Shown: positions 1 through 8,373 of the stretch, in pieces | Layout: each line of letters opens with the position of its first letter | Numbering within the stretch: the stretch's first letter is position 1 | Source: a virus | Taxonomy: Duplodnaviria > Caudoviricetes | Strand: one strand, 5' to 3' | Length of the DNA stretch: 29,317 bases | Virus record (IMG/VR): IMGVR_UViG_3300020045_018882 | Location: 1 to 29,317 of that record | Made by a program: the position numbers and the translations under genes | Notes under the pieces: model-generated | What the model was told of the DNA's origin: nothing | Seen by the model: only the letters and a program-made list of their open reading frames with translations | Databases searched by the model: none

Positions 1-352
1 CTTCAATATTTTTGACCCGAATGTAAAGACGGTAAAGATACGAATAAGGACGAGGAACGTAAGATCCATTTAACCGATTAAGCGGATTAATCTTTCGATT
101 GGGGTCTGATTTCAAATCCATGAGTTCAAAAGCCAATCTCGGATATTGAACTGCTACTGGTTTTTCAATATTAGGATCTTGTTCATTTCTGGCAATTTGT
201 TTATCGTGAGGCGCAAAAGAAATTGGGACCTTTGCAAAAATTGTCCGACCTCCAGTATTTGTTCTCTCAATTAAAATATTTGAGAACAAAGCTCCGAAAA
301 CATCATTATATTTTTTAATAGTGTTATTATTGTTGATTGAGATTCCGAACAT
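1..352 (-). CDS. gp15: T4 gp15-like tail sheath stabilizer/terminator, 5' part (runs off the window)
   Basis: Absent from the ORF track. Manual translation from ATG 352 (TAATG overlap with the upstream stop) gives MFGISINNNNTIKKYNDVFGALFSNILIERT...KVPISFAPHDK...VQYPRLAFEL..DPNRKINP, matching the gp15 FG.LF.NI, VPI.. and PR..FE motifs. Confidence 0.85.
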   Translation of the reverse strand, partial: MFGISINNNNTIKKYNDVFGALFSNILIERTNTGGRTIFAKVPISFAPHDKQIARNEQDPNIEKPVAVQYPRLAFELMDLKSDPNRKINPLNRLNGSYVPRPYSYLYRLYIRVKNIE

Positions 353-1710
353 TATTTAAGACTCTCCAGTTTTTTGAAAAGAGATTTAGCACGTTCGTGA
401 TCAGGATGATTTTTTAAATAATTTACAACAAGATTAATCTGCCCGGACTCTAGATGATCATGATCTATTTTTGAGATAGCAGGATGATTAATTAGTTTCT
501 CAATATGATCAATATTTCCGTGTTTTAAAATATGGTGAGCTTCTTCTTGCGAAAGTTTCGGTTTTTTCAGAAAATTATCAAGATCTTTGTGGATAGAATT
601 TTTGAGAGTGCTCACCCATTCCTTTAGATCTTCATACTTGTTAGTTGTGGATGGGAATCTTTTTGAATAATTAAGAGCTCTTTCTTTTAAATTAATATCA
701 ACAGGATGATGATTTAGAAGATTGTTTTTTTCAGGAGAACCACATTGATCCATAATTGCACTAATCACATTTGGATGTAATTCTGGTTTTTGAATTATAG
801 CATTAACATGATTAGCTACCCCATTTGTTCTAATAATATTTTCCATATGAATATGGTTAACTTTTGGATGATTTATAATATCCATATTTTGATCATAAGT
901 ACCATTTCTGGAATAATGATTCAAAGTTTCTATCGGAACGTTAGGATCTTTCAAATTAACAGAAGAAGGTTCATGATAACGATTTGAATCATTATAAACA
1001 TCTTCATGTTTTTTATAAATTCTGTTGGGAAGATCTGGGAATGTTTTCTCTGACCATTTTTTGATGGAGTGTTCAAAATCATCATGAGCGTAGCGGTTAG
1101 AGGCTGAGTATACTCTCCCTTCTGGTCTCAGAATTGTGTGAATTTTATTATCTGCAATTGTCTCAAAAGGTTTTAGAGCAATTCGCGCCAAAGGATTTTT
1201 AATTTTATGATCACCTTTGTTGACTAGATAAGCTACGTGAGTACCTTGTTTTATTTCGTCAGGGAGATATTCTCTGTTGGAACCTCCCGACATATTCATG
1301 CAAGAAACCCACCCACGGTTAGTTGACATTCCCGCAATATCATAGGGATGTCGACTGATCACAATTTCATGATCACCTTTAGTTTGACGATGCTCTAAAT
1401 AATCTTTCAGATCAGATGGTTCAAGATGTTTTGTAATTTTCACATCTCTCCCGTATTTGTCTTTCCCTAAACCCTTTTCATAATCAACATTCTCAATTCC
1501 TTTTGACTTTAGAGCTAGTTTAACATGATGAGGAATTCGGCTTTCAATTGGATGATGTTCAACAGGCAGAACAAGCCGATCAGAGGATCCGAAAACATGA
1601 TCGGAAAGTTTATGAGCCATATCTGAAGTTTTTGTGAAACCCCAGCCATGAACTTCCCTTTTTTGATATTCATCAAGCTCTTCTAGTATAAAGGTTTTAA
1701 AAGTTTTCAT
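352..1710 (-). CDS. Putative internal head protein (CTS-like leader MKTFKTFILE); unknown domain plus C-terminal helical repeats
   Basis: 452 aa, His-rich. Central ISRHPYDIAGMS..GW.SCM block; C-terminal repeats of the I.NHP type. Confidence 0.6.
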   Translation of the reverse strand: MKTFKTFILEELDEYQKREVHGWGFTKTSDMAHKLSDHVFGSSDRLVLPVEHHPIESRIPHHVKLALKSKGIENVDYEKGLGKDKYGRDVKITKHLEPSDLKDYLEHRQTKGDHEIVISRHPYDIAGMSTNRGWVSCMNMSGGSNREYLPDEIKQGTHVAYLVNKGDHKIKNPLARIALKPFETIADNKIHTILRPEGRVYSASNRYAHDDFEHSIKKWSEKTFPDLPNRIYKKHEDVYNDSNRYHEPSSVNLKDPNVPIETLNHYSRNGTYDQNMDIINHPKVNHIHMENIIRTNGVANHVNAIIQKPELHPNVISAIMDQCGSPEKNNLLNHHPVDINLKERALNYSKRFPSTTNKYEDLKEWVSTLKNSIHKDLDNFLKKPKLSQEEAHHILKHGNIDHIEKLINHPAISKIDHDHLESGQINLVVNYLKNHPDHERAKSLFKKLESLK

Positions 1711-2282
1711 TTATTTTCTTCTTCAATTTTATTTAAGGTCCGCGTCGCCTCCTGCCTGACATTGTTATCATTATCAGATAAAAGTTTTATGAGAGTGGGA
1801 ATGTGTTTTGTGCGTTCAGCTACACACCTCCGAACACTAGGTCTCTCATCATTTTTAAAAGAAAGTAAAAGGTCAGGATGAATAGAGGTATTTTTTGCTA
1901 AACGTGCCCTTACACTTGAAATATGATGTTGCTTAAGTTTGTTATGTATATCAGGATCAGTTGTATGCATAGCTAGAAATTCTTGACTTACAGAATCAGG
2001 ACGCTCTAATAATTCCTTATTTAGGTGAGGTCTTTTTGCCATATTTTCCAAAGCATAAATTGAAGAGTAATCATTATTATTGGAAAGATGTCTTAAAACA
2101 TCATCACTAACATGAGGATTTTGTGCCAGCGCTATTCTAACTGTATCTGATTTATCATTTTTTAGCTTTTCATGATGATTCAGATCTGTTGTTGTTTCAG
2201 CTATTTTTTTTCTTTCCCCAACTTTCATTTTTGAAAAATTATTTCCAACAGCCTCCAAAATGATTTGTTTTAAATTTTTCAT
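1707..2282 (-). CDS. Putative internal head protein with HEAT/LRV-like repeats (leader MKNLKQIILE)
   Basis: Repeated L.ND....VR..LA.N units; late promoter at 2299-2306 and GAGG SD upstream. Confidence 0.65.
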   Translation of the reverse strand: MKNLKQIILEAVGNNFSKMKVGERKKIAETTTDLNHHEKLKNDKSDTVRIALAQNPHVSDDVLRHLSNNNDYSSIYALENMAKRPHLNKELLERPDSVSQEFLAMHTTDPDIHNKLKQHHISSVRARLAKNTSIHPDLLLSFKNDERPSVRRCVAERTKHIPTLIKLLSDNDNNVRQEATRTLNKIEEENK

Positions 2283-2298
2283 AAATTCCTCTTTTTAA

Positions 2299-2306
2299 TA
2301 TTTATG
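2299..2306 (-). promoter_or_regulatory. T4-type late promoter CATAAATA
   Basis: One base from the T4 gp55 consensus TATAAATA; 16 nt upstream of ATG 2282. Confidence 0.7.
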
Positions 2307-2307
2307 C

Positions 2308-2336
2308 TTGACATTTCAAAATAAACATACTATAAA
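2308..2336 (+). promoter_or_regulatory. sigma70-like early promoter TTGACA-17-TATAAA
   Basis: TTGACA 2308-2313 and TATAAA 2331-2336, at the head of the plus-strand island. Confidence 0.75.
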
Positions 2337-2353
2337 GAATGAAAGGAGATGTT

Positions 2354-2545
2354 ATGTCTGATTATCGTTTAATAGAAGAAGCCGCAATTCGAGCCTATAC
2401 TGCTGTAGTGGTTGGGAAAAATGATCTGATCTTTCGGGATGATGTTCTGATGGCTCAGAAAAAGCTTCGGGATGATGTCGGGCAAAAACGCGCCAACGAA
2501 ATTATCAATTCTCTGAAATCTTTGAATGCTAGCGGGCCATTTTGA
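2354..2545 (+). CDS. Hypothetical protein (start moved from 2339 to 2354)
   Basis: AAGGAG SD precedes ATG 2354; overlaps the next ORF by 4 nt. Confidence 0.6.
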   Translation: MSDYRLIEEAAIRAYTAVVVGKNDLIFRDDVLMAQKKLRDDVGQKRANEIINSLKSLNASGPF

Positions 2546-2751
2546 TGAGTAAATCAACAGCAAAGTTCCGTATAGTATGGTCTATTGTTTGGTGCATTAT
2601 CTGGAGTTCAGCCGTCTGGCTCGCAGAGGTAAATTCAAATGATTTAGCAACCTTTGCTTTTTCAGTGTTGCTTAGCATCACGATATTTGACGGTATCTCA
2701 GCGTATCTTAAACTTAATAGATATCGCAATAGAACACAGGAGCGGGGATGA
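2542..2751 (+). CDS. Small membrane protein with two hydrophobic segments
   Basis: IVWSIVWCIIWSSAVWLA and LATFAFSVLLSITIF; 4-nt overlaps on both sides. Confidence 0.55.
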   Translation: MMSKSTAKFRIVWSIVWCIIWSSAVWLAEVNSNDLATFAFSVLLSITIFDGISAYLKLNRYRNRTQERG

Positions 2752-3107
2752 TGGTGACCAGCACAATAAACAACCAGTCAGGCGATCCGCTAACTTTTGA
2801 AAAACTGATATCTGCAATTAAGACCTTACCAAAGCCACATGAGTTTTGGTCTTGGAATTACGCGCCGTCAGACAAGGCAATCCAGTTTGAGGATGATATA
2901 GGCAAGGTCACCATAGCGCACCCTACAGTATGGATGCGTGTAGAGCGCGAGGTCGCCCCAATCACCGTGCAAGCAAATCCATTAGCGCTTCCCCTAAGTC
3001 AGCAAGTGGTCGAAATGGACGGTGATAATCCCCTGTCCTGTGCACGTCGAAAACGCCTCGCTGATTTCATGACCTCAGCTTTTAAGGATCAACCCAATGA
3101 CCGATAA
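2748..3107 (+). CDS. Hypothetical protein
   Basis: 119-aa ORF with GGAG SD, coupled to its neighbours. Confidence 0.6.
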   Translation: MMVTSTINNQSGDPLTFEKLISAIKTLPKPHEFWSWNYAPSDKAIQFEDDIGKVTIAHPTVWMRVEREVAPITVQANPLALPLSQQVVEMDGDNPLSCARRKRLADFMTSAFKDQPNDR

Positions 3108-3969
3108 AACACCCACCTTAGAGGCGCTTAAAGCATGTCCCTTTTGCGGCGGTGAGGCAAAAACAACATATATACACGACGGACGTCAGGCTGTTTGCCG
3201 TGGCTGTGGCGCAACAGGAAGCCCTGTTTTTCATGGCCCAGAAGGTTATGAGTCCACCGAAGAAAAAACAATCTCAGCATGGAACACCCGCGCCGTTCTA
3301 CAACCTGTAACCTCAATATGGATTCCGATAACTGAGGAACAAAAAGACGGAAATTGGCATATTCTCGGAGGGCAGTATAGATACCCTGGTGATAAAACAA
3401 ACACAAATTATATTGAAACCTGTAAATGGGATAAAGATCGTTGGCTGTCAATTAACGGTGAGGGTCATCACGAAGCAAACTTTCAACATTATCTAAATGA
3501 AGATTCTCTCCCAACGCTTCCTCTAGAGGTTTGGTATACTGAATTTAAACCAGTAGCAGTTGTTGATCATTGTGGGAGCGTGAGTGGAAATTTGAACGAC
3601 CCTAACGGAACGACAGTGGTTGTTTTGAAAGGTGCTCTAGATCATAAGATATTTACACCTGGAGTTAAACTCTACATCTCACCTCCTGACCAGAGCACCC
3701 GCATCAAAGAATTAGAAGCTGAAGTTAGAACTCTCAAACTTAATAAAATGGCGTTAAATCATGCTAATGATGTAGCTCAAGCTTCTTTTGAAGAAACAAA
3801 GCTGTGTAAAGCTCGCATCAAAGAATTGAAAATTGCACTGGTTGAAGCTGCTATTCCTTTGGAAGCTATGAGATTGGTCGGACAGAAAACTTTAGGGATG
3901 TCTGAAGAAATGTGGGTAGGGATCGTAAACGGTTCTGACTCTATCCGAAACACCTTAAAGAAAGATTGA
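3097..3969 (+). CDS. Lar-like (restriction alleviation family) Zn-ribbon fused to further domains and a coiled coil
   Basis: N-terminal LKACPFCGGEA...CRGCGATG...AWNTR signature; RIKELE heptads near the C-terminus. Confidence 0.65.
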   Translation: MTDKTPTLEALKACPFCGGEAKTTYIHDGRQAVCRGCGATGSPVFHGPEGYESTEEKTISAWNTRAVLQPVTSIWIPITEEQKDGNWHILGGQYRYPGDKTNTNYIETCKWDKDRWLSINGEGHHEANFQHYLNEDSLPTLPLEVWYTEFKPVAVVDHCGSVSGNLNDPNGTTVVVLKGALDHKIFTPGVKLYISPPDQSTRIKELEAEVRTLKLNKMALNHANDVAQASFEETKLCKARIKELKIALVEAAIPLEAMRLVGQKTLGMSEEMWVGIVNGSDSIRNTLKKD

Positions 3970-4298
3970 AAATGTCAACTGAAGAATTACACCCTGAACT
4001 AATTTTTACTCTTCAAAATGCTCTCAAGAAGCCAACTTACTTTCAACTTTTAGTGACAGACGATCTTGCGCATGAAGGGTATGTAGGTACTGAAGCTATA
4101 TTTCAGAATAAACCAACCCTTGAAAAACTGAAAGAAATATTTTCTGAATATAAATTCAGTGATGTAATTAATCCTATTGAAGGTCTCCTGGAAAGATCAC
4201 AATACAACGAAGATAAAAAATCAGAACTTTGGGTAGGTGCTGATATAGAAATCTTTGAATATAACTCGTATCAACTAGTAGAACGTTATTATGACTGA
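3966..4298 (+). CDS. Hypothetical acidic protein
   Basis: 110-aa ORF overlapping both neighbours. Confidence 0.55.
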   Translation: MKMSTEELHPELIFTLQNALKKPTYFQLLVTDDLAHEGYVGTEAIFQNKPTLEKLKEIFSEYKFSDVINPIEGLLERSQYNEDKKSELWVGADIEIFEYNSYQLVERYYD

Positions 4299-4482
4299 AA
4301 ATGATCCTTGTCCAGTTGAAAATTGTGAAGGTGTCTTATTTCATCCTCTTGAAGTAGGATGTCGTTGTATGTCTTGTGCTGATATCACAAAATTAAAATG
4401 TACTGATTGTGATTTTCAATTAGATAAAGGTCCAATAATTTTAAATAGAACTAAACCGCTTCGAAAGATTATTTTAAGATGA
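4291..4482 (+). CDS. Small Cys-rich putative metal-binding protein
   Basis: CPVENC, CRCMSC and CTDC. Confidence 0.55.
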   Translation: MTENDPCPVENCEGVLFHPLEVGCRCMSCADITKLKCTDCDFQLDKGPIILNRTKPLRKIILR

Positions 4483-4961
4483 AATGTGATCTTTGTGATT
4501 ATGATCGAGGGAATGGTTGGCATGCTTTTCTTAATCATATTTTAGGAAAGCATCCCTCTGATGTTAATTATTTTCAAAGTCAACTTCTGAAATCTAAAGA
4601 TGAAACTGGGAGAGAGTTTATGAAAAATTCTAAAATTAAACGTTTAACAATTACTGAAACAGTAGATTGTGATACTGATCGACTTTACGCAAGTCTCTCT
4701 GAAGCCATCAAATATCTTCAGGAAGTTAAAAATAAATTTCCTAACCTTAACATTTCACTTTCTGAAGAATGGACGGGTTATGAAGACATGCACATGATAT
4801 TTTCATATACTCGTGAAGAAACTGATGAAGAATTTAAAACTAGATTAGAAGAACTTGAAGAGCAAGAAAAACGAAAATTAGAAGCTTCTAAAAAGGAAAC
4901 GGCTCGACAAGAACTTCAAAATAAAATTAAATCTCTTCAGCAGGAACTCTCAAAGATATAG
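4479..4961 (+). CDS. Hypothetical protein with C2H2-like N-terminus and C-terminal coiled coil
   Basis: CDLC..H....H....H; REETDEEF followed by a charged helix; alternative internal ATG at 4620. Confidence 0.55.
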   Translation: MKCDLCDYDRGNGWHAFLNHILGKHPSDVNYFQSQLLKSKDETGREFMKNSKIKRLTITETVDCDTDRLYASLSEAIKYLQEVKNKFPNLNISLSEEWTGYEDMHMIFSYTREETDEEFKTRLEELEEQEKRKLEASKKETARQELQNKIKSLQQELSKI

Positions 4962-4972
4962 AAACTGTTCTT

Positions 4973-4980
4973 CATAAATA
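4973..4980 (+). promoter_or_regulatory. T4-type late promoter CATAAATA
   Basis: Intergenic, directly before two leader-bearing genes. Confidence 0.7.
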
Positions 4981-4999
4981 CTAAAATATGGAGAACAAA

Positions 5000-5362
5000 A
5001 TGAAAAATTTTAAGGAAGTGATTATTCAGTGTCTGAATGAAGATTCAAGATATGAACCTCCTAAATGGAGCCAAACTGATAATCCCCATACACGTGAACT
5101 TGAAAGTCGGATTGCTGCCTACCAAAATGAATTAGATAATAATCAACAATCAGGTTTGGATGTTAAACTTTGGCACATTCATAAGTATCACGATCTTTCA
5201 CAAGACCTAGCTAACCTCCGTAGAGATTATAAAAAAGCCGATTATCATGGAAAAATGGCTCGTGAAGCTAAACTTCAGGCACAGGGTATGGCTATTGACG
5301 CAATGTCGGGAAATGTTGATGCTATGCTTAGAGCAAAATACGGATGGGGTGAAGGTTATTGA
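5000..5362 (+). CDS. Putative internal head protein (leader MKNFKEVIIQCLNE); paralogue of 5359-5625
   Basis: GGAG SD favours ATG 5000 over 4988; shares AY..E.DNN.QS...VKL with the next gene. Confidence 0.6.
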   Translation: MKNFKEVIIQCLNEDSRYEPPKWSQTDNPHTRELESRIAAYQNELDNNQQSGLDVKLWHIHKYHDLSQDLANLRRDYKKADYHGKMAREAKLQAQGMAIDAMSGNVDAMLRAKYGWGEGY

Positions 5363-5625
5363 AATCCTTTAAAACATTCCTGACTGAAAATTATTCCAAG
5401 GAAGAATTGGAAGATATTGTAAATGCTTATAAAGATGAAATAGATAATAATCGTCAATCGTCCTCTTCTGTTAAATTAAGGCAACAGATTAAATTTCATA
5501 CTCATTCTGCAGAACTTGCCAAACTTAATGGGAATCATGCAGAAGCAGAACAACATGAAAATCTTTTGAAGAATCTTAAACAATTTCACAGAACTTCTGC
5601 TATTGACAATATGCCAACTGTTTAG
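5359..5625 (+). CDS. Putative internal head protein (leader MKSFKTFLTE)
   Basis: TTG start overlapping the upstream stop; leader closely matches the T4 CTS pattern. Confidence 0.65.
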   Translation: MKSFKTFLTENYSKEELEDIVNAYKDEIDNNRQSSSSVKLRQQIKFHTHSAELAKLNGNHAEAEQHENLLKNLKQFHRTSAIDNMPTV

Positions 5626-5627
5626 AG

Positions 5628-5656
5628 TTGATTTAATCCTCTAAACAAGTTATATT
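5628..5656 (+). promoter_or_regulatory. sigma70-like promoter TTGATT-17-TATATT
   Basis: -35 at 5628-5633 and -10 at 5651-5656; ATG follows at 5662. Confidence 0.5.
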
Positions 5657-5661
5657 AAATT

Positions 5662-6201
5662 ATGTCTTACTTTAAATATATTCCAAACTTTGTGCCTGAT
5701 CGTGAACGAGTTTTTGAAAAACTCTGGACTGAACTTGATTGGGAGAAGCGATCTGAAGCTCGGATTGAGTATTGGACAAATATTTTCAATCGTTCATATA
5801 CTTACGGTTCAGGTATAGGTGTTCGAACTTATGAGTCAAGAAAAAGTCATCCTGATATTGACTACGTTAAGAATCTTCTGTCAGATGAATTAAAATTTTC
5901 TTTTGAAGGTTGTTTCTTAAACGGTTATGAAACTGGGAGGAATGCTTTAGGTTGGCATGCTGACGATGATCCTAATATTGATCATAATTTTCCTATAGCT
6001 GTGGTGACAGTTGGAGATGGGAGAAATATTGACTTTATGAAAAAGGATGATAAGTCTTCCAAGGAAAGTATTTTTCTTGAACCTGGTTCATTATTGTTGA
6101 TGAATGCTGGAATGCAAAGCACACATTTTCACAGAATTCCTAAAGCTGGTTTTGTGGTTAAGAAACCGCGAATTTCTTTAACATTTAGAAAGTTGATCTG
6201 A
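5662..6201 (+). CDS. alkB: AlkB-family 2OG-Fe(II) dioxygenase
   Basis: LNGY..G...LGWHADD (HxD), distal H in HRIPK, and RISLTFR. Confidence 0.88.
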   Translation: MSYFKYIPNFVPDRERVFEKLWTELDWEKRSEARIEYWTNIFNRSYTYGSGIGVRTYESRKSHPDIDYVKNLLSDELKFSFEGCFLNGYETGRNALGWHADDDPNIDHNFPIAVVTVGDGRNIDFMKKDDKSSKESIFLEPGSLLLMNAGMQSTHFHRIPKAGFVVKKPRISLTFRKLI

Positions 6202-6383
6202 TGGCAAAGTATTTCAAAGTTATCCTCACAGAATATGAAAGAGGTTGGGGTCAAAAAGACTTTTTTGAATCTTATTTTGATACAGAAAAAGAAGCTGAAG
6301 TTTATGCAGATTCAGTTAATTCTAAAAATACTTTGGCTCATGCTCCTGATTATTACATTCAAGCAAGAGTGGAAAAGTTTTGA
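6201..6383 (+). CDS. Hypothetical phage protein
   Basis: 60 aa with EYERGWGQK and APDYY; TGATG coupling to alkB. Confidence 0.65.
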   Translation: MAKYFKVILTEYERGWGQKDFFESYFDTEKEAEVYADSVNSKNTLAHAPDYYIQARVEKF

Positions 6384-6691
6384 TGAAGCGAAATGATATT
6401 GTTTGTTGCAGTTCTGGAGCAACAAAAGATCCGCCTCATTTTTCACCCTATGGTAGAATTGTTAGAAAGGTTAATCAAAAGTTTGAGGTTATATTTTGTA
6501 ACGGAGAGAGTTGGTTGTTAGATGAAAATGATCTCGAAGTTCATTATTATAGAGGTAGATTTGAGTATAGGGGATTGAACGCTCAGTATAGTATCATTGT
6601 TCCATTCCCAACACTTCGCAAATTGAAAGTGTTGGCTAAAAGATACCAACAGACTTATGGTCAAAGGAATATGTTTAATGAGATTTGTTGA
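6380..6691 (+). CDS. Hypothetical basic protein
   Basis: 103-aa ORF coupled to the upstream gene. Confidence 0.5.
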   Translation: MMKRNDIVCCSSGATKDPPHFSPYGRIVRKVNQKFEVIFCNGESWLLDENDLEVHYYRGRFEYRGLNAQYSIIVPFPTLRKLKVLAKRYQQTYGQRNMFNEIC

Positions 6692-6830
6692 CTATCCTTC
6701 ATATTTTCCTAGTAATACATCTGAATATCAAAAGGAAATGTTAGAAGCTGTCGTTCAAGAGTTGAGACAATTTGCCTTGGAATATGATATCAAAATTATC
6801 TTATCAGAGGCCTCGAAAAAGGCTTTGTAG
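6678..6830 (+). CDS. Small hypothetical protein (50 aa, below the ORF-track cutoff)
   Basis: MRFVDYPSYFPSNTSEYQKEMLEAVVQELRQFALEYDIKIILSEASKKAL; AAGGA upstream. Confidence 0.4.
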   Translation: MRFVDYPSYFPSNTSEYQKEMLEAVVQELRQFALEYDIKIILSEASKKAL

Positions 6831-6941
6831 TAAGTGTGTAGATCAGGAAGCCTGAAAGACCTGAAGGTAATTTATTACTGAGTGTGCGTTACATATTCTA
6901 GATGGGAATATGTTTATCATCACCCGAAGTGGTTCGTGATA

Positions 6942-7640
6942 TTATTTTAGATCGTTATAATCCAAATTCCAATGTTCTTTTTTATGCTTATCTTTAAAAG
7001 CTTGGCGTAATTCTTGACCTTTTTTGAAACCATCAATTTTTGAATGCATGGATTCAAGATTATCATTACTGTGAAATGGAGGCTTATCGGTTCCTGCCCA
7101 TCCTGCGCGCAATCCTTTATCATGATCATTTGAATCACCAGTACGATCTTTTAAGTGTGGGGTAAGAAAATTCATTTTATACTCATGAACTGCTTTTTGA
7201 GCCTTGCCATGCCCGTCTCTAATTCTCTCCATTGTGGGTAGTGATGGATCACCTAAAGCATGCCCAAATTCATCATGACTTCTCCACTCTACGCCAGTCT
7301 GATGCCCCGACAAATATTTTGAGTCGCGCTGTGTTGGATCCTTACCTGTATAACCATGTTCTAATCCAAGATCATATCCAACTGGAGATATAGCATTTGA
7401 AACTCTTCCAGCTACTGCAGTGAGAGCTTTTGAGCCAAGACCCCCAGCCACTACCCCCAAAGCAAAACCTGGGGGACCTCCAAGGAGAGCACCAGCAGCT
7501 GCTCCAACACCGGCCATAGCTCTATTCATTACTTTTACACGCTCTCTAGTTTGAGAATCGCTGTAAATTGTTCTTGGGAGAGATTGCTTAACTTCATCAG
7601 CTGTCATTGCTTCAAGAATTATTTGTTTGAGATTTTTCAT
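6942..7640 (-). CDS. Putative internal head protein with glycine-zipper hydrophobic segment (leader MKNLKQIILE; start moved to 7640)
   Basis: GAGGG SD before ATG 7640, which also removes the overlap with gp14; contains AGVGAAAGALLGGPPGFALGVVAGGLG. Confidence 0.65.
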   Translation of the reverse strand: MKNLKQIILEAMTADEVKQSLPRTIYSDSQTRERVKVMNRAMAGVGAAAGALLGGPPGFALGVVAGGLGSKALTAVAGRVSNAISPVGYDLGLEHGYTGKDPTQRDSKYLSGHQTGVEWRSHDEFGHALGDPSLPTMERIRDGHGKAQKAVHEYKMNFLTPHLKDRTGDSNDHDKGLRAGWAGTDKPPFHSNDNLESMHSKIDGFKKGQELRQAFKDKHKKEHWNLDYNDLK

Positions 7641-7662
7641 GTACCCTCTTTTCTTTATTTGT

Positions 7663-8373
7663 TTATCCAAAAGGATTAACGATATTAAAAGAAACGTCAG
7701 TATTGGCAACTTCCTTTAAAACATCATTATCATATTCTGCATCGACAACTTCCCGATCAAAATCAGGATCTAACGCAAACGAACCGTCAGGATTGAAAAT
7801 TGGATCCCCGTCACCATCTTCCAAGCGATGCGGAACTTCATCCAAGGAATAATTAGTCTGGATTGCGTCAATTTCAGGAATACCTGTATCAAACTTTTCC
7901 ATTGAATATTCATAAACTTCACAGCTTAGAGAAAACAAAGGAAGAATTCCCAACGGGTAGAATATTTCTTTATTGTCAACAAAAACAATTTCAAACATTC
8001 TTTTAGTCATTGGGAAGAAAATTAAGTCACCTTCCTTTGGGCGAACATTAGTTTCTTCATCGCCCACTTCTTCTAAATATCTCTGACGTGAGACTGAAAG
8101 AGTAATACGGTCTCGGATTTCCATTCCAAATTTTGCCAGGAAATTCCCATCCCCCTCAAAACCTTCAACATTTTTGATATACATTTCCAACGTATAAGTT
8201 GTGTCAAAATATGACATATCATCTTGGTTAATTTCTTCTTTATAATTCCCAAAACGTCTAGGAAGATAAAGAAAATCATAACCCTTTTGTTGAATAGCTT
8301 CACGGTTTAAATCAGAAAGAAGATTCTGTTCTGATGCTGATGTGAAATGAGGAAAGTAAGATGAAACTGTCAT
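7663..8373 (-). CDS. gp14: T4 gp14-like neck protein
   Basis: EQNLL.DL..EAI, YLPR, EMYI..VEGFEG.G.FLAKFG.EIRD, RPKEGDLIFFP and terminal NPFG. Confidence 0.92.
   Translation of the reverse strand: MTVSSYFPHFTSASEQNLLSDLNREAIQQKGYDFLYLPRRFGNYKEEINQDDMSYFDTTYTLEMYIKNVEGFEGDGNFLAKFGMEIRDRITLSVSRQRYLEEVGDEETNVRPKEGDLIFFPMTKRMFEIVFVDNKEIFYPLGILPLFSLSCEVYEYSMEKFDTGIPEIDAIQTNYSLDEVPHRLEDGDGDPIFNPDGSFALDPDFDREVVDAEYDNDVLKEVANTDVSFNIVNPFG

Noticed and set aside
4620-4961. Internal MKNSKIKRLTITE as an eleventh leader
   Set aside because: It lacks the hydrophobic residues at positions 4, 7 and 8, and has no late promoter upstream.
7641-7709. Signal-peptide-like N-terminus MPILTFLLISLILL on the 255-aa ORF
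   Set aside because: It is an alternative frame of the gp14 3' end; the SD and leader motif both point to ATG 7640.
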